From assembly GCA_023442945.1 (NCBI GenBank), contig JAEZWW010000048.1, positions 856 to 64,855 of the forward strand: a stretch of DNA of 64,000 nt, in the 5' to 3' direction. Position 1 is the stretch's first letter. Every line of letters starts with the position of its first letter. This document shows, in pieces, positions 27,861-40,135 of the stretch. The translations under genes were made by a program, and so were the position numbers. Source of the stretch: Pseudomonadota bacterium. Lineage in GTDB: Bacteria; Pseudomonadota; Gammaproteobacteria; Burkholderiales; Burkholderiaceae_C. The notes beneath the pieces were generated by a model. The model was not told the origin of the DNA and did not search any database. It saw only the letters and a list, made by a program, of their open reading frames with translations.

Positions 27861-29066
27861 TCAGTCCGCCTGCTTGCGCAGGAAGGCCGGGATCTCAAAG
27901 TCGTCCATGCCGCCCGACGACAGCGCGTCCACCTTGGCCGCGGCCTGCGTGCGGTTGGTGCGCCACACGCTGGGCACCGCCATGTTGCCGTAGTCGGCCT
28001 GTGCCTGGCCGGCTTGCGGCTGGGTCGGCGTGACGAACATGGGCTGGTTGTCGGTGCCGGTGCGCAGACCGCCCTGCACCACGGTGATGGGCTGACGGCG
28101 CATCGCCTGGCGCGACAGGCCGGTGGCCAGCACGGTGACGCGCAGGTCTTCGCCCAGCGAATCGTCGTAGGCGGCGCCGAAGATGACGTGTGCGTCCTGC
28201 GAGGCGTAGGCGCGGATGGTGTTCATCGCTTCCTTCGACTCGTTCAGCTTCAGCGAACCCTTGGACGCGGTGACCAGCACCAGCACGCCCTTGGCGCCCG
28301 ACAGGTCGATGCCTTCCAGCAGCGGGCAGGCGATGGCCTGCTCAGCGGCGATGCGGGCGCGGTCCGGGCCGTTGGCCGTGGCCGTGCCCATCATGGCCTT
28401 GCCGGGCTCGCCCATGATGGTGCGCACGTCTTCGAAGTCGACGTTGACGAAGCCGTAGTCGTTGATGATTTCGGCGATGCCGCCGACGGCGTTCTTCAGC
28501 ACGTCGTTGGCTTGGGCGAAGGCTTCTTCCTGCGTGATGTCATCGCCCAGGACTTCCAGCAGCTTCTCGTTCAGCACCACCACCAGCGAGTCGACGTTGG
28601 CTTCGAGCTCGGTCAGGCCGGACTCGGCGTTGGTCATGCGGCGGCCACCTTCCCAGTCGAAGGGCTTGGTCACCACGCCCACCGTCAGGATGCCCATGTC
28701 CTTGGCAATGCGCGCGATCACCGGCGCGGCGCCGGTGCCGGTGCCCCCGCCCATGCCGGCAGTGATGAAGAGCATGTGCGCACCGCGGATCGCCTGGCGG
28801 ATGTCGTCGGCAGCAGCCTCGGCGGCTTCGCGGCCTTTCTCGGGCTTGCTGCCGGCCCCCAGGCCGCTGTTGCCCAGTTGGATGCTGGCGGTGGCCAGGG
28901 TGCGGCCGAGCGCCTGCGCGTCGGTGTTGGCGCAGATGAATTCCACGCCCTGCACGTTGCGGGTGACCATGTGATCGACCGCATTGCTGCCGCCGCCACC
29001 GACGCCGATGACCTTGATCTGGGTGCCGGCGTTGAAGCCTTCGGTTTCAATCATTTCGATGCTCAT
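27861..29066 (-). CDS. ftsZ: cell division protein FtsZ
   Basis: Tubulin signature GMGGGTGTGAAPVIA. 401 aa. The C-terminal peptide DDFEIPAFLRKQAD is conserved. Confidence 0.98.
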   Translation of the reverse strand: MSIEMIETEGFNAGTQIKVIGVGGGGSNAVDHMVTRNVQGVEFICANTDAQALGRTLATASIQLGNSGLGAGSKPEKGREAAEAAADDIRQAIRGAHMLFITAGMGGGTGTGAAPVIARIAKDMGILTVGVVTKPFDWEGGRRMTNAESGLTELEANVDSLVVVLNEKLLEVLGDDITQEEAFAQANDVLKNAVGGIAEIINDYGFVNVDFEDVRTIMGEPGKAMMGTATANGPDRARIAAEQAIACPLLEGIDLSGAKGVLVLVTASKGSLKLNESKEAMNTIRAYASQDAHVIFGAAYDDSLGEDLRVTVLATGLSRQAMRRQPITVVQGGLRTGTDNQPMFVTPTQPQAGQAQADYGNMAVPSVWRTNRTQAAAKVDALSSGGMDDFEIPAFLRKQAD

Positions 29067-29239
29067 GGTGGACTCCTAATTCTGTCTGCAGTTGCCTGGG
29101 ATGGTTGGGATTTTGGGTTGCGCGGACGGTAAAAACACGATGTCAGGGTAAATGTGTGTGACCGCTTACGGCGGTCCGGTGCCTTGCCAGCCGGAGGACA
29201 CGGATCGAAGGCGTGCGTACAGGGTGCGCATGGTCATGG

Positions 29240-30469
29240 TCAGAAGTTCCCCACGATGAAGTCCTTGAACCGGCCGAACGCGGTTTTCACGCCGCTGGTT
29301 TTCTGGGCCACCTTGAAGCCGCGCAGGCGCGCCTGGCGGGCCTCTTCCATCAAGCCCATCACGGTGGCCGCGCGCGGCTGGGCCACCATGTCCGACAGCG
29401 CCCGGGAGTACTTCGGTACGCCGCGGCGGACGGGTTTCAGGAAGATGTCTTCGCCGAGCTCGACCATGCCCGGAATCACGGCGCTGCCGCCGGTCAGCAC
29501 GACGCCGGAGGACAGCACCTCTTCGTAGCCGGAATCGCGGATGACCTGTTGCACCAGCGAAAAGATTTCTTCGACGCGCGGCTCGATCACGCCGGCCAGC
29601 GCCTGTTTGGACAGCATGCGCGGCGTGCGGTCACCCAGGCCCGGCACTTCGACCTGGGTGTCGGCGTCGGCCAGCAGCTGTTTGGCGCAGCCGTGCGCGA
29701 CCTTGATGTCCTCTGCATCCATGGTCGGCGTGCGCAAGGCCATGGCGATGTCGCTGGTGACCAGGTCGCCCGCGATCGGGATCACGGCCGTGTGACGAAT
29801 GGACCCGCCGGCAAAGATGGCCACGTCGGTCGTGCCCGCGCCGATGTCGACGCAGGCCACGCCCAGGTCGCGCTCGTCATCCGTCAGCACCGCCTGGGCC
29901 GAGGCCAGCGGGTTCAGCATCAGCTGATCGACTTCCAGGCCGCAGCGGCGGATGCACTTGATGATGTTTTCGGCCGCGCTTTGCGCGCCGGTCACGATGT
30001 GGACCTTGGCTTCCAGACGCATGCCGCTCATGCCCACAGGCTCGCGCACGTCCTGGCCGTCGATCACGAATTCCTGCGGCGCCACCAGCAGCAGGCGCTG
30101 GTCGCTGGAGATGTTGATGGCCTTGGCGGTTTCGACCACGCGCGCCACGTCGATCGGCGTGACTTCCTTGTCCTTCACGGCCACCATGCCGCTGGAGTTG
30201 ATGCCGCGGATGTGGCTGCCCGTGATACCTGTGTACACACGGCCGATCTTGCAATCGGCCATCAGCTCGGCTTCTTTCAGGGCTTGCTGGATGCTGGCCA
30301 CGGTGGCGTCGATGTTGACGACCACGCCGCGCTTGAGCCCGTTGCTCGGCGCCACGCCCAGACCGGCCAGCTTCAGATCGCCGCCAGGCAGGACTTCACC
30401 CACCACCACCATGATCTTGGCGGTGCCGATGTCGAGTCCGACGATCAGATCCTTGTACTCTTTTGCCAT
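29240..30469 (-). CDS. ftsA: cell division protein FtsA
   Basis: Actin-fold N-terminus LIVGLDIGTAKIMVVVGE. 409 aa. Positioned between ftsQ and ftsZ. Confidence 0.97.
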   Translation of the reverse strand: MAKEYKDLIVGLDIGTAKIMVVVGEVLPGGDLKLAGLGVAPSNGLKRGVVVNIDATVASIQQALKEAELMADCKIGRVYTGITGSHIRGINSSGMVAVKDKEVTPIDVARVVETAKAINISSDQRLLLVAPQEFVIDGQDVREPVGMSGMRLEAKVHIVTGAQSAAENIIKCIRRCGLEVDQLMLNPLASAQAVLTDDERDLGVACVDIGAGTTDVAIFAGGSIRHTAVIPIAGDLVTSDIAMALRTPTMDAEDIKVAHGCAKQLLADADTQVEVPGLGDRTPRMLSKQALAGVIEPRVEEIFSLVQQVIRDSGYEEVLSSGVVLTGGSAVIPGMVELGEDIFLKPVRRGVPKYSRALSDMVAQPRAATVMGLMEEARQARLRGFKVAQKTSGVKTAFGRFKDFIVGNF

Positions 30470-30501
30470 GTTCTAGTCAGTCGATCCTGGTGTGCCCGGC
30501 C

Positions 30502-31296
30502 TCAGCGCCGCACCGGCGTCGCAGCGGCATCGGCCCGCACGGTGGTGACACCGCGCATGCGCAACGCATACCCGCCCACGTGGCGCAGGTCCGCCGTCTC
30601 GACGGCATCCAGCGTGCGCTGATGGCGCGCTGCCACTTCCTTCACCGTTCCCACAAATTGGTTGAGCCGCGCGGCCAATTCCTGCGGCGTGCCTTGGCCC
30701 AGCTCGATGACCGCACCACGGTCGAGCTCGGCCACCCAGTTGCCGCGCGCCTGCAAGGTCAGCGCGGACAGCCGCGTATCCAGCGGCGCCACCAGCGGAT
30801 TGAGCTGGTGCAACATGCTCAGCACCACCGATGCCTGCCCGTCCGGCCCCTGCAAGCGCGGAATGCGCCCTTCGTCGGCGTCGGAGTCGCCCACCTCGAA
30901 CACTTCGCCTTGCTGGTTGACCAGTTCGCTGTCACCCTCGCCCCAGTGCGCGACCGGCACGTGCTCCTGCAAGGTGATGTGCAGTTGGTTGGGAAATTCG
31001 CGCTGCACCATCGCGCGCCGCACCCAGGGCACGGACTGGAATGCGGCCTGCGCCGCCGACAGGTCGAGCGTGAAGAAGTTGCCCGACAGCTTGGGCGCCA
31101 CCGTGGCGCGCAGGCTGGCCGCGCTGTTGTGGGAGGTGTCCCCGCCTACGGTGATGCGGTCGATGGCGAACGCCGGATTGCGCAGGGCCCACCACAGGCC
31201 AGCTGCCACGCACGCCAGCACCAAGCCCGTCACGAGCAGCGAAGTCGTGACGTTCATCAGCCTGACATCCAGCGGCAGCGGCACCGTTGCGCTCAC
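30502..31296 (-). CDS. ftsQ: cell division protein FtsQ
   Basis: Single TM helix ([19 protein letters not shown]) followed by a POTRA-like region. The GTG at 31296 is preceded by GGAGG and overlaps the ddl stop (GTGA). The track ORF start at 31356 is probably too far upstream. Confidence 0.88.
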   Translation of the reverse strand: MSATVPLPLDVRLMNVTTSLLVTGLVLACVAAGLWWALRNPAFAIDRITVGGDTSHNSAASLRATVAPKLSGNFFTLDLSAAQAAFQSVPWVRRAMVQREFPNQLHITLQEHVPVAHWGEGDSELVNQQGEVFEVGDSDADEGRIPRLQGPDGQASVVLSMLHQLNPLVAPLDTRLSALTLQARGNWVAELDRGAVIELGQGTPQELAARLNQFVGTVKEVAARHQRTLDAVETADLRHVGGYALRMRGVTTVRADAAATPVRR

Positions 31297-32270
31297 GCAG
31301 TGCCCTCCTGGCTGCAGCCGTAGTCCAACGCGGCCCCGGCCAGCAACTGCAGGCACAGGTCTTCGTAGCTGACGCCGGTCGCCTTGGCCGCCATGGGCAC
31401 GAGCGAATGGCCCGTCATGCCGGGCGAGGTGTTGATTTCCAGCAGATAGGGCTGGCGCGTGGCGCCGTCGATCATCACGTCGATGCGGCCCCAGCCGCGG
31501 CAGTCGAGCACACGGTAGGCCTTGACCACCAGCGCCTGGATCGCAGCCTCTTCGCCGGGCGGCAGATCGCAGGGCACGCGGTATTCGGTGTCGTCGGTGA
31601 AGTATTTGTTCTGGTAGTCGTACTTGCCCTCGGGTGCCACGATGTGGATCACCGGCAAGGCCCGCGCGCCCTCCCCTTCACCCAGCACCGGGCAGGTGAC
31701 TTCGTCGCCGGCGATGAATTGCTCGCACAGCACGTCGGCGTCCAGCGCGACCGCAGCGGCCACCGCGGATTGCATCTGGCTGGCGGTGGTGACCTTGGTC
31801 ACCCCGAGCGAAGAGCCTTCCCGTGCGGGCTTCACGATCAGCGGCAGCCCGAGCTCAGCCGGAATCGCATCGACCTGCGCTGGGGTGAACTGGCCGCGTC
31901 GCAGCAGCACGTGGCGCGGCGTGGGCAGGCCTTCGGCCTGCCAGACCCGCTTGGTCATGACCTTGTCGATCGACATGCTGGACGCCATCACACCAGCGCC
32001 GGTGTAGGGGATACCCAACAGTTCCAGCGCACCCTGCACCGTGCCGTCTTCGCCGAAACGGCCGTGCAGCGCGATGAAGCAGCGCGCGAAGCCCTGGCGC
32101 TGCAGCTCGTCCATCGGTTGCTGGGCCGGATCGAAGGCGTGCGCGTCCACGCCCCGGGCGCGCAAGGCCTGGAGAACGCCCTGGCCGGACATCAGGGAGA
32201 TCTCGCGTTCAGCCGAACGCCCCCCCATCAGCACCGCCACTTTTCCGAATTGAACGCCTTGTTGCACCAT
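31293..32270 (-). CDS. ddl: D-alanine--D-alanine ligase
   Basis: [22 protein letters not shown] and [15 protein letters not shown]. 325 aa from ATG 32270. Confidence 0.96.
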   Translation of the reverse strand: MVQQGVQFGKVAVLMGGRSAEREISLMSGQGVLQALRARGVDAHAFDPAQQPMDELQRQGFARCFIALHGRFGEDGTVQGALELLGIPYTGAGVMASSMSIDKVMTKRVWQAEGLPTPRHVLLRRGQFTPAQVDAIPAELGLPLIVKPAREGSSLGVTKVTTASQMQSAVAAAVALDADVLCEQFIAGDEVTCPVLGEGEGARALPVIHIVAPEGKYDYQNKYFTDDTEYRVPCDLPPGEEAAIQALVVKAYRVLDCRGWGRIDVMIDGATRQPYLLEINTSPGMTGHSLVPMAAKATGVSYEDLCLQLLAGAALDYGCSQEGTA

Positions 32271-32280
32271 GATCCCAAAG

Positions 32281-33699
32281 TTAGCGCGGATTATGCTCAG
32301 TTTTTTGTAGCAAATCAACGATTTTTGCCGGGACGGCACCGATAGAGCCCGCTCCCATGCACAACACCACATCGCCCGCGAGGGCGCGCTCCGCCAATAC
32401 CTGTGGCATGTCTGCCACGTCGTCGACAAAAACCGGCTCCACCTTGCCCGCCACACGCAGCGCGCGGGCCAGCGAACGGCCATCGGCGGCCACGATCGGC
32501 TCCTCGCCGGCCGCGTAGACCTCGGCCAGCACAAGCTGGTCGGCGCTGCCCAGCACCTTGACGAAATCCTCGAAGCAATCGCGCGTTCGGGTGTAGCGGT
32601 GCGGCTGGAATGCCAACACCAGACGCCGGCCGGCAAACGCGCCGCGCGCCGCCGCCAGGGTGGCCGCCATCTCAACCGGATGGTGGCCGTAGTCGTCGAT
32701 CAGAGTGAAGGTGCCACCATCGCGCGTAGGCAATTCGCCGTAGCGCTGGAAGCGCCGGCCAACACCCTTGAATTCGGCCAGCGCTTTCTGCACGGCCGCA
32801 TCGGGAATGTTCAGCTCCACGGCCACGGCGATCGCCGACAGGGCATTGAGCACGTTGTGTTCGCCGGCCAGATTCAGCACCACCGGCATGTCGGGCAGGT
32901 GCACCCCGTTGCGGCGCTGCACGGTGAAGTGCATCTGCCCGTGCTCGGCGCGCACGTCGATGGCGCGGACTTGCGCGCCTTCGCTGAACCCGTAGGTCGT
33001 CACCGGGCAGGCGACGTCGCTCAGGATCTCGCGCACCGCCGGGCTTTCGATGCACAGCACCGCCGTGCCGTAGAAAGGCATGCGGTGCAGGAAATCGACG
33101 AAGGCTTTCTTGAGCTTGCCGAAGTCGTGCCCGTAGGTCTCCATGTGGTCGGCGTCGATATTGGTCACCACCGCCATCACGGGCAGCAGGTTCAGGAAAG
33201 ACGCGTCGGATTCGTCCGCCTCGACCACGATGTAGTCGCCAGAACCGAGCCGGGCATTGGCGCCCGCGCTGTTCAAACGCCCGCCGATCACGAAGGTCGG
33301 ATCCAGCTCCGCCTCGGCCAGCACACTGGCCACCAGGCTGGTGGTGGTGGTCTTGCCGTGCGTGCCGGCGATGGCGATGCCCTGCTTCAGGCGCATCAGC
33401 TCGGCCAGCATCATGGCCCGCGGCACCACCGGAATGCGCTTGTCGCGCGCGACGATCACCTCGGGGTTGTCGGGCGTCACGGCGGTGGACGTGACCACGG
33501 CGTCCGCGCCTTCCATGTTGGCCGCAGCGTGCCCGATGTGGGTGCGGATACCCAGGTCCTGAAGGCGGCGCAGCGTGGCGCTGTCGGACAGGTCCGAACC
33601 GGAGATCGTGTAGCCCAGGTTGTGCAGCACCTCGGCGATGCCGCTCATGCCCGAGCCGCCGATGCCGACGAAGTGGATGTGCTGGATGGCGTGTTTCAT
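32281..33699 (-). CDS. murC: UDP-N-acetylmuramate--L-alanine ligase
   Basis: [19 protein letters not shown] and [11 protein letters not shown]. Start at ATG 33699, overlapping the murG stop (ATGA). Confidence 0.96.
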   Translation of the reverse strand: MKHAIQHIHFVGIGGSGMSGIAEVLHNLGYTISGSDLSDSATLRRLQDLGIRTHIGHAAANMEGADAVVTSTAVTPDNPEVIVARDKRIPVVPRAMMLAELMRLKQGIAIAGTHGKTTTTSLVASVLAEAELDPTFVIGGRLNSAGANARLGSGDYIVVEADESDASFLNLLPVMAVVTNIDADHMETYGHDFGKLKKAFVDFLHRMPFYGTAVLCIESPAVREILSDVACPVTTYGFSEGAQVRAIDVRAEHGQMHFTVQRRNGVHLPDMPVVLNLAGEHNVLNALSAIAVAVELNIPDAAVQKALAEFKGVGRRFQRYGELPTRDGGTFTLIDDYGHHPVEMAATLAAARGAFAGRRLVLAFQPHRYTRTRDCFEDFVKVLGSADQLVLAEVYAAGEEPIVAADGRSLARALRVAGKVEPVFVDDVADMPQVLAERALAGDVVLCMGAGSIGAVPAKIVDLLQKTEHNPR

Positions 33700-34769
33700 G
33701 CGGCCAGCTCCTCGCACGCCGCCACGATGGCCTGTGTGGCTTCTGTTTTTTGCAATGTTTTGGCCTTCAGCCCTACTTGGATCAGCGCGGAGCGCTCTGT
33801 TTTTTGCAGCAATTCTGCCAATCCCTCGGCGGTCAGATCGCGTTGCTGGATCAGCCAGCCAGCGCCCTCGTCGACCAGGAAGCGCGCGTTCGTCGTCTGG
33901 TGGTCGTCCACCGCGTGCGGGAAAGGTACAAACAGCGCTGCGGCGCCGATGGCGGCGATCTCGGTCACGGTGGTGGCGCCTGAGCGGCAGATGACGAGAT
34001 CCGCCTCCGCATAGGCACGGGCCATGTCATCGATGAAGGGCACCAGCTCCGCTTCAACACCGGCGGCGCTGTAGTTGGCGCGCAGTGCGTCGATCTGTTT
34101 GGCGCCGCTCTGGTGCACAACCTGCGGCCGGGTGTCAGACGGGATCAGGGCCAGGGCGCGCGGCACGACGTCGTTCAGGGCTTGTGCGCCCAGACTGCCG
34201 CCCACCACCAGCACGCGCAGCGGGCCCGTGCGGCCGGCCAAGCGCTCCTGCGGCCCTGGGTACTGGGTGAACACCGCGCGCAGTGGGTTGCCCACCCACT
34301 GCACCTTGCGCGCTTTGGGCAAGACGCCTGGGAAAGCGGTGAACACGCGGTCGGCCACCCCGGCCAACACCTTGTTGGCCATGCCCGCGATGGAGTTCTG
34401 CTCGTGCAGCACCAGGGGCTTGCCGGCGGCCACGCCCATCATGCCGCCAGGAAAAGTGATGTAGCCGCCCAGCCCAACCAGCACATCGGGCTTGACGCGC
34501 CGCACCACCTGCAGCGCCTGACCAAAGGCCTTGAGCAGGCGCAGCGGCAGCAGGAACACGGTCTTAAGGCTCTTGCCGCGCACGCCACCGAACTCGACTG
34601 GCTCGAAGGCGAAACCGCGCGGCGGCACCAGTTGCTGCTCCATGCTGGCAGGCGCGCCGAGCCAGTGCACGCGCCAACCGCGCTCACGCAGGCTTTCGGC
34701 CACGGCCAAGCCCGGAAAGATGTGACCACCCGTTCCGCCGGCCATGACCAAGGCGCACTTTTGCGTCAT
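33696..34769 (-). CDS. murG: undecaprenyldiphospho-muramoylpentapeptide beta-N-acetylglucosaminyltransferase
   Basis: [18 protein letters not shown]. 357 aa. The start overlaps the ftsW stop (ATGA). Confidence 0.96.
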   Translation of the reverse strand: MTQKCALVMAGGTGGHIFPGLAVAESLRERGWRVHWLGAPASMEQQLVPPRGFAFEPVEFGGVRGKSLKTVFLLPLRLLKAFGQALQVVRRVKPDVLVGLGGYITFPGGMMGVAAGKPLVLHEQNSIAGMANKVLAGVADRVFTAFPGVLPKARKVQWVGNPLRAVFTQYPGPQERLAGRTGPLRVLVVGGSLGAQALNDVVPRALALIPSDTRPQVVHQSGAKQIDALRANYSAAGVEAELVPFIDDMARAYAEADLVICRSGATTVTEIAAIGAAALFVPFPHAVDDHQTTNARFLVDEGAGWLIQQRDLTAEGLAELLQKTERSALIQVGLKAKTLQKTEATQAIVAACEELAA

Positions 34770-36031
34770 GCGCGGCCCCCGCGCATCAGCTGGCGGTTTT
34801 CCACGTCGATGCGCAGCACGATGGCGATAGCGACCATGTTGGCCATGATGGCCGAGCCGCCGTAGCTCATGAACGGCAATGTCAGGCCCTTGGTCGGCAG
34901 GGCGCCCAGGTTCACGCCGATGTTGATGAAGGCCTGAAAGCCCAGCCACAGGCCAATGCCCTGCGCCACCAGGCCGGAGAACACGCGGTCCAGCGCGATC
35001 GACTGGCGACCGATGTACATGATGCGGCGCGTGAGCCAGAGGAACAGGAAGATCACGCACACCAAGCCAATCAAGCCGAATTCCTCACCGATCACGGCCA
35101 GCAGGAAGTCGGTGTGGGCCTCAGGTAGCCAATGCAGCTTCTCGATGCTGCCGCCCAGGCCCACGCCGAACACTTCGCCGCGCCCGATGGCGATCAGCGC
35201 GTGCGACAACTGGTAGCCCTTGCCCAGGGCGTGCTCTTCGCTCCACGGGTCCAGGTAGGCAAAGATCCGCTCACGCCGCCAGGGCGACGCCCAAATCATG
35301 GCGGCGAACGCCACCACCAGCACGGCGGCGATCAGGAAGAACATGCGGGCGTTGACGCCCCCCAGGAACAGGATGCCCATGGCAATCACGGCGATCACCA
35401 TGAAGGCACCCATGTCCGGCTGCGCCAGCAGCAGCAAGCCGACCACCGCAACCGCCACGCCCATCGGCAACACGGCGCGGAAGAAGCGCTCCTTCACGTC
35501 CATCTTGCGCACCATGTAGTCGGCCGCGTACATCAGCACCGCGATCTTCGCGAGCTCTGACGGCTGGAAGTTCATGGGGCCCAGCGATACCCAGCGCCGC
35601 GCGCCGTTGACCACCGTGCCCACGTGCGGGATCAGCACCGCGATCAGCAGCGCCAAGGACACCACAAACAGCCAGGGAGCGGACTTTTCCCACCAGTCCA
35701 TGCGGATCTGGAAGGCCACCAGCGCCGCGATGAAAGACAGGAAGATCCACATCGCGTGCCGCAACGCAAAGTGGCCGGGCGCGTAGCGCGCGAAGCGCGG
35801 GTTGTCCGGCAGCGCGATGCTGGCCGAATACACCATGATCAAGCCCCAGGCCAGCAGCGCGACGCAGACCCAGATCAACGACTGGTCAAAGCCCAACACG
35901 CGCGACGGCGTGCTGGCGGTGCGCGCGTATTCCATGCCGCCGATGCGCACCGGCAGCTCGTCGGCGCGGGCGCGCTTCCGGTGCTTCTTGCCACGCGGCG
36001 CGTCGCCGATGGCTTCGCTTGCTGCGCTCAT
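34766..36031 (-). CDS. ftsW: SEDS family lipid II flippase / glycosyltransferase FtsW
   Basis: [30 protein letters not shown] and [16 protein letters not shown]. Located within the dcw cluster. The start overlaps the murD stop (ATGA). Confidence 0.94.
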   Translation of the reverse strand: MSAASEAIGDAPRGKKHRKRARADELPVRIGGMEYARTASTPSRVLGFDQSLIWVCVALLAWGLIMVYSASIALPDNPRFARYAPGHFALRHAMWIFLSFIAALVAFQIRMDWWEKSAPWLFVVSLALLIAVLIPHVGTVVNGARRWVSLGPMNFQPSELAKIAVLMYAADYMVRKMDVKERFFRAVLPMGVAVAVVGLLLLAQPDMGAFMVIAVIAMGILFLGGVNARMFFLIAAVLVVAFAAMIWASPWRRERIFAYLDPWSEEHALGKGYQLSHALIAIGRGEVFGVGLGGSIEKLHWLPEAHTDFLLAVIGEEFGLIGLVCVIFLFLWLTRRIMYIGRQSIALDRVFSGLVAQGIGLWLGFQAFINIGVNLGALPTKGLTLPFMSYGGSAIMANMVAIAIVLRIDVENRQLMRGGRA

Positions 36032-37551
36032 GCCAGCACCTCCAATTCAACCCCCTGGGCCAGCGCGAGATCCCGCACCGCCGCGACAAAGACTTCGGCG
36101 CGCTCCGCGTAGTTGCGGTACATGTCAAAGCTGGCACAAGCAGGCGACAACAGCACCGCGTCGCCCGGCTGGGCCTGTTCGCGCGCGGCTGTCACTGCGG
36201 CTGCCATGTCGGACGCGTCGAGCAGGGTCACCCCTGCGCCCTCCAGCGCGGCGCGCATCTGCGGCGCATCGCGCCCGATCAGCACGACGGCGCGCGCGTA
36301 GCGCGCCACCGGATCGGCCAAAGGAGAAAAATCCTGCCCCTTGCCATCGCCACCCATGATCACGACCAGCTTGCGCTCGGCCCCCAGGCCTTGCAGCGCC
36401 GCCACCGTCGCGCCGACGTTCGTGCCCTTGCTGTCGTCGAAATACTCGATCTCATCCAGCCGGCCGATCGATTCAACCCGGTGCGGCTCGCCCCGGTACT
36501 CGCGCAGGCCGTAGAGCATGGGCGCCAGGGGACAACCAGCACTGGTCGCCAGCGCCAACGCGGCCAAGGCGTTGACGGCGTTGTGGCGCCCGCGAATGCG
36601 CAGCGCGTCGGCTGGCATCAGGCGCTGCAGGTGCAGGTCTGGCTCGGCGTCCTTGCGGCGACGCTGGGTTTCGTCGGCCTCCAGGGCGCGGGTCAGCCAG
36701 GCCATGCCGGCCACCACTTCCAAGCCGAAATCACCCGGCGCGGCTGGCATGTCACCACCGAAGGTGATGACATTGCGCGGTGCCGGCTTGGGGCCCTTGG
36801 CCCCCTTGGGGGGCAGCCCGGGCCGCATCGCCATGACCAAGGGGTCGTCACGGTTGAGCACCATGACCGCCTGGTTACCGAAGATGCGCGCCTTGGCCGC
36901 CGCGTACGCCGCCATGTCACCGTGCCAGTCCAGGTGGTCCTGCGTCACATTGAGCACGGCCGCCGCCGTTGGCTCGAAGCCCTCCACCTCGTCGAGTTGG
37001 AAGCTGGACAACTCCAGCACCCAGACGTCCGGCAAATCGTCTGCGTCCAGCCGTGCCTGCAGGGTATCCAGCAGCGTCGGGCCAATATTGCCTGCCACCA
37101 CCACCGACTTGCCCGAACGTTCAACCAGTTGGCCTGTCAAGGCGGTGACCGTGGTCTTGCCGTTCGTGCCGGTGACGGCAAGCACGGCCGGGGCATAACC
37201 GCGTTCTTCGCGCAGCGCCTGCAGGGCCTGCGCGAACAGACCCAGTTCGCCGTGCACGGGCAGTCCGCGCAAGCGCGCCTCGGTTGTCACGGCAGCGATG
37301 GCGGCGGGCGCCAAGCCGGGGCTGCGGTAGACGGCGCGCAGGCTTGCGTCATCGACCAGCTCCGCCGTGAGCGGTCCGGCGACAAAGCGCGCCGCCGGCA
37401 CCGATTCACGCAGCGCCGCCAGCTGCGGCGGCGCTTCACGCGTGTCAGCCACCGTCACCGCCGCACCGTGGCGCGCGCACCAGCGCGCGATGGCCAAGCC
37501 CGACAGACCCAAGCCCAGCACCAACACGTGACGATCGTTCATGGTCTGCAC
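36028..37551 (-). CDS. murD: UDP-N-acetylmuramoylalanine--D-glutamate ligase
   Basis: [12 protein letters not shown] and [10 protein letters not shown]. The GTG at 37551 has GAGG 6 nt upstream; an alternative ATG is at 37542. Confidence 0.94.
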   Translation of the reverse strand: MQTMNDRHVLVLGLGLSGLAIARWCARHGAAVTVADTREAPPQLAALRESVPAARFVAGPLTAELVDDASLRAVYRSPGLAPAAIAAVTTEARLRGLPVHGELGLFAQALQALREERGYAPAVLAVTGTNGKTTVTALTGQLVERSGKSVVVAGNIGPTLLDTLQARLDADDLPDVWVLELSSFQLDEVEGFEPTAAAVLNVTQDHLDWHGDMAAYAAAKARIFGNQAVMVLNRDDPLVMAMRPGLPPKGAKGPKPAPRNVITFGGDMPAAPGDFGLEVVAGMAWLTRALEADETQRRRKDAEPDLHLQRLMPADALRIRGRHNAVNALAALALATSAGCPLAPMLYGLREYRGEPHRVESIGRLDEIEYFDDSKGTNVGATVAALQGLGAERKLVVIMGGDGKGQDFSPLADPVARYARAVVLIGRDAPQMRAALEGAGVTLLDASDMAAAVTAAREQAQPGDAVLLSPACASFDMYRNYAERAEVFVAAVRDLALAQGVELEVLA

Positions 37552-37554
37552 GGT

Positions 37555-38733
37555 CTACCTCAGCTTCAGGGAGGACAGGCCGATCAGGCACAGCAGCATG
37601 GTGATGATCCAGAAGCGGACCACGACCTGGGTCTCTGCCCAGCCGCTCTTTTCGAAGTGGTGGTGCAGCGGCGCCATCTTGAGCAAGCGGCGCCCTTCGC
37701 CGTAGCGGCGTTTGGTGTACTTGAACCAGGTGACCTGCAGCATCACCGACAGCGCCTCGACCACGAAGATGCCGCCCATGATGGCCAGCACGATTTCTTG
37801 CCGCGCGATCACCGCAATGGTGCCCAGCGCCCCGCCCAGGGCCAGCGCGCCCACATCGCCCATGAAAACCTGCGCCGGGTGGGCGTTGAACCAGAGGAAC
37901 GCCAAGCCCGCCCCCGCCATGGCCGCGCAGAAGATCAGCAACTCGGCGGTGCCGGGGATGTGCGGAAACAGCAGGTAGCGCGCGTAGGCCGAGCTGCCCG
38001 TCACGTAGGCGAACACGCCCAGGGCGGAGCCGACCATGATCACCGGCATGATGGCCAGGCCGTCCAGCCCATCGGTCAGGTTGACGGCGTTGCTGGCGCC
38101 GACGATCACAAGGTAGCTCAGGATCACGAAGCCAATCACGCCCAGCGGGTAGCTCACCTCCTTGAAGAAGGGCACCGTCAGGCCGGTGGCCGCAGGCAGG
38201 TCGATCGTGAAGCCGGACGACACCCAATTCACGAACAGCTCCCACACCTTGGCGTTGGAACCTTCGGAGATGCTGAACACCAGGTAGAACGCCGCGGCCA
38301 AACCGATCAGCGACTGCCAGAAGTACTTTTCGCGCGAGCGCATGCCTTCCGGGTCCTTGTTGACGACCTTGCGCCAATCGTCGACCCAGCCGATGGCGCC
38401 AAAGCCAAAGGTCACCACCAGCACGATCCACACGAAACGGTTGGACCAGTCGAACCACAGCAGGGTGGAAATCGCGATCGACAACAGGATCAGCACGCCG
38501 CCCATCGTGGGGGTACCGCTCTTGGACAGGTGCGTTTCCATGGCGTAGCCGCGCACCGGCTGACCGATCTTCAACTCGGTCAGCTTGCGAATGACCCACG
38601 GGCCGGCCACGATGCCGATCACCAGCGCCGTCATCGCCGCCATCACGGCCCGAAAGGTGATGTACTGGAAGACGCGAAAAAAGCCGAACTCCGGCGACAG
38701 CGTCTGCAACCATGCGGCAACACTAAGCAGCAT
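37555..38733 (-). CDS. mraY: phospho-N-acetylmuramoyl-pentapeptide-transferase
   Basis: [10 protein letters not shown]...[23 protein letters not shown] and HHHFE. 392 aa from ATG 38733. Confidence 0.96.
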   Translation of the reverse strand: MLLSVAAWLQTLSPEFGFFRVFQYITFRAVMAAMTALVIGIVAGPWVIRKLTELKIGQPVRGYAMETHLSKSGTPTMGGVLILLSIAISTLLWFDWSNRFVWIVLVVTFGFGAIGWVDDWRKVVNKDPEGMRSREKYFWQSLIGLAAAFYLVFSISEGSNAKVWELFVNWVSSGFTIDLPAATGLTVPFFKEVSYPLGVIGFVILSYLVIVGASNAVNLTDGLDGLAIMPVIMVGSALGVFAYVTGSSAYARYLLFPHIPGTAELLIFCAAMAGAGLAFLWFNAHPAQVFMGDVGALALGGALGTIAVIARQEIVLAIMGGIFVVEALSVMLQVTWFKYTKRRYGEGRRLLKMAPLHHHFEKSGWAETQVVVRFWIITMLLCLIGLSSLKLR

Positions 38734-40135
38734 GCGCGCCCTCCAAAGGAATGCCATCGACGGCGGTCAACGCCTCCACCACGCGCTCCATGCGCATGAA
38801 GCGCGAACCCTTCACGCCGATGCTGGCCGATTGCGCCATCAACGTGCGCACGGCGTCGTTCAGGGCCTCGATGCTCTCGAAATGGCGACCACCGCCAAAC
38901 GCCATGGCCGCGTGGATCGCCATCGGCCCGTGCGCCAGCAGACGCTCGATGCCGCGCTCGCGTGCATAGGCGCCGACTTCCGCGTGGAATTCCGGACCTT
39001 GGTCGCCCACCTCGCCCATGTCCCCCAGCACCAACAGGCGCGGGCCCGGCAGTTCGGCCAGCACGTCGATGATCGCGCGCACCGAATCCGGGTTGGCGTT
39101 GTAGGTGTCGTCGATCAGGGTGATCTGGCGGCCGCGGTGGCGCAGCACGGCCGTCCGCGAACGGCCCTTCACCGGCTCGAACGCCGACAGGCCGCGCGCC
39201 ATGGCCTCGGCGGGCACTTCGGCAGCAGCGCAGCAGGCCAACGCGGCCAGGGCATTGCGCAGGTTGTGGCGCCCGGCCACGTGCAGGTCGAACACGACCT
39301 GGCCCGCAGAGGTAATGGCCTGGGCCTGCCAATGGTCGCCCAACCAGTCGTTGGCGCCAAGGGTGACATCTCCCGATTGCTCTCCAAACAATAGCTGTCT
39401 GCGCCCTTCTGACATGGACTTCCAAAGCTTTTCGTACTCATCATCCGCAGGAAACACCGCCGTCCCCTGCGCGGTCAAGGTGTCGAAGACCGATCCGTTC
39501 TCGCGCGCCACCGCCTCGACGGTTGCCATGAACTCCTGGTGCTCGCGCTGCGCGTTGTTCACCAAAGCCACCGTGGGCTCGGCGATCGACGCCAGGTAGG
39601 CGATCTCTCCCGGGTGGTTCATGCCCAGCTCGACCACGGCCACCCGGTGGTGGTCGCGCAGGCGCAGCAGGGTCAGCGGCAAGCCGATATCGTTGTTGAA
39701 GTTGCCTTGCGTGGCCAGCGCGTCGTCACCGCGCCATGCCCGCAGGATCGACGCAATCATCTGCGTCACGGTGGTCTTGCCGTTGCTGCCGGTGACGGCG
39801 ATCAACGGGCCCTGGAAGCGGCGGCGCCATTGGCGCGCCAGCTCACCGAGGGCCAGCCGCGCGTCCGCCACCAGCACGCCCGGCAGGCCGCTGGCGGCCA
39901 GCTTGTCGGAAGCGTCGGCCGCGCACAGCACCGCGGTCGCGCCTTGCTGCGCAGCGCCAGCGATGAAGTCGGCCGCGTCAAAGCGTTCTCCCTTGATGGC
40001 GACGAACAGATCGCCCGCCTGCAAGCTACGCGAATCGGTGTGCACGCGCTGCACCAATGTGGCGCTATCGCCTACCAGCTGGCTGCCCGGCAGCCATGCA
40101 GCGATCTGTGCGAGGGGCAGGTTCATGCCGCTCAT
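38723..40135 (-). CDS. murF: UDP-N-acetylmuramoyl-tripeptide--D-alanyl-D-alanine ligase
   Basis: [12 protein letters not shown]. 470 aa. The start overlaps the murE stop (ATGA). Confidence 0.95.
   Translation of the reverse strand: MSGMNLPLAQIAAWLPGSQLVGDSATLVQRVHTDSRSLQAGDLFVAIKGERFDAADFIAGAAQQGATAVLCAADASDKLAASGLPGVLVADARLALGELARQWRRRFQGPLIAVTGSNGKTTVTQMIASILRAWRGDDALATQGNFNNDIGLPLTLLRLRDHHRVAVVELGMNHPGEIAYLASIAEPTVALVNNAQREHQEFMATVEAVARENGSVFDTLTAQGTAVFPADDEYEKLWKSMSEGRRQLLFGEQSGDVTLGANDWLGDHWQAQAITSAGQVVFDLHVAGRHNLRNALAALACCAAAEVPAEAMARGLSAFEPVKGRSRTAVLRHRGRQITLIDDTYNANPDSVRAIIDVLAELPGPRLLVLGDMGEVGDQGPEFHAEVGAYARERGIERLLAHGPMAIHAAMAFGGGRHFESIEALNDAVRTLMAQSASIGVKGSRFMRMERVVEALTAVDGIPLEGAHAA

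Noticed and set aside
36019-38799. 926-aa ORF on the plus strand, the longest in the track.
   Set aside because: It is antisense to murD and mraY, which carry unambiguous motifs. Its translation is Arg/Gly/Ala/His-rich low-complexity sequence typical of shadow ORFs in high-GC DNA.
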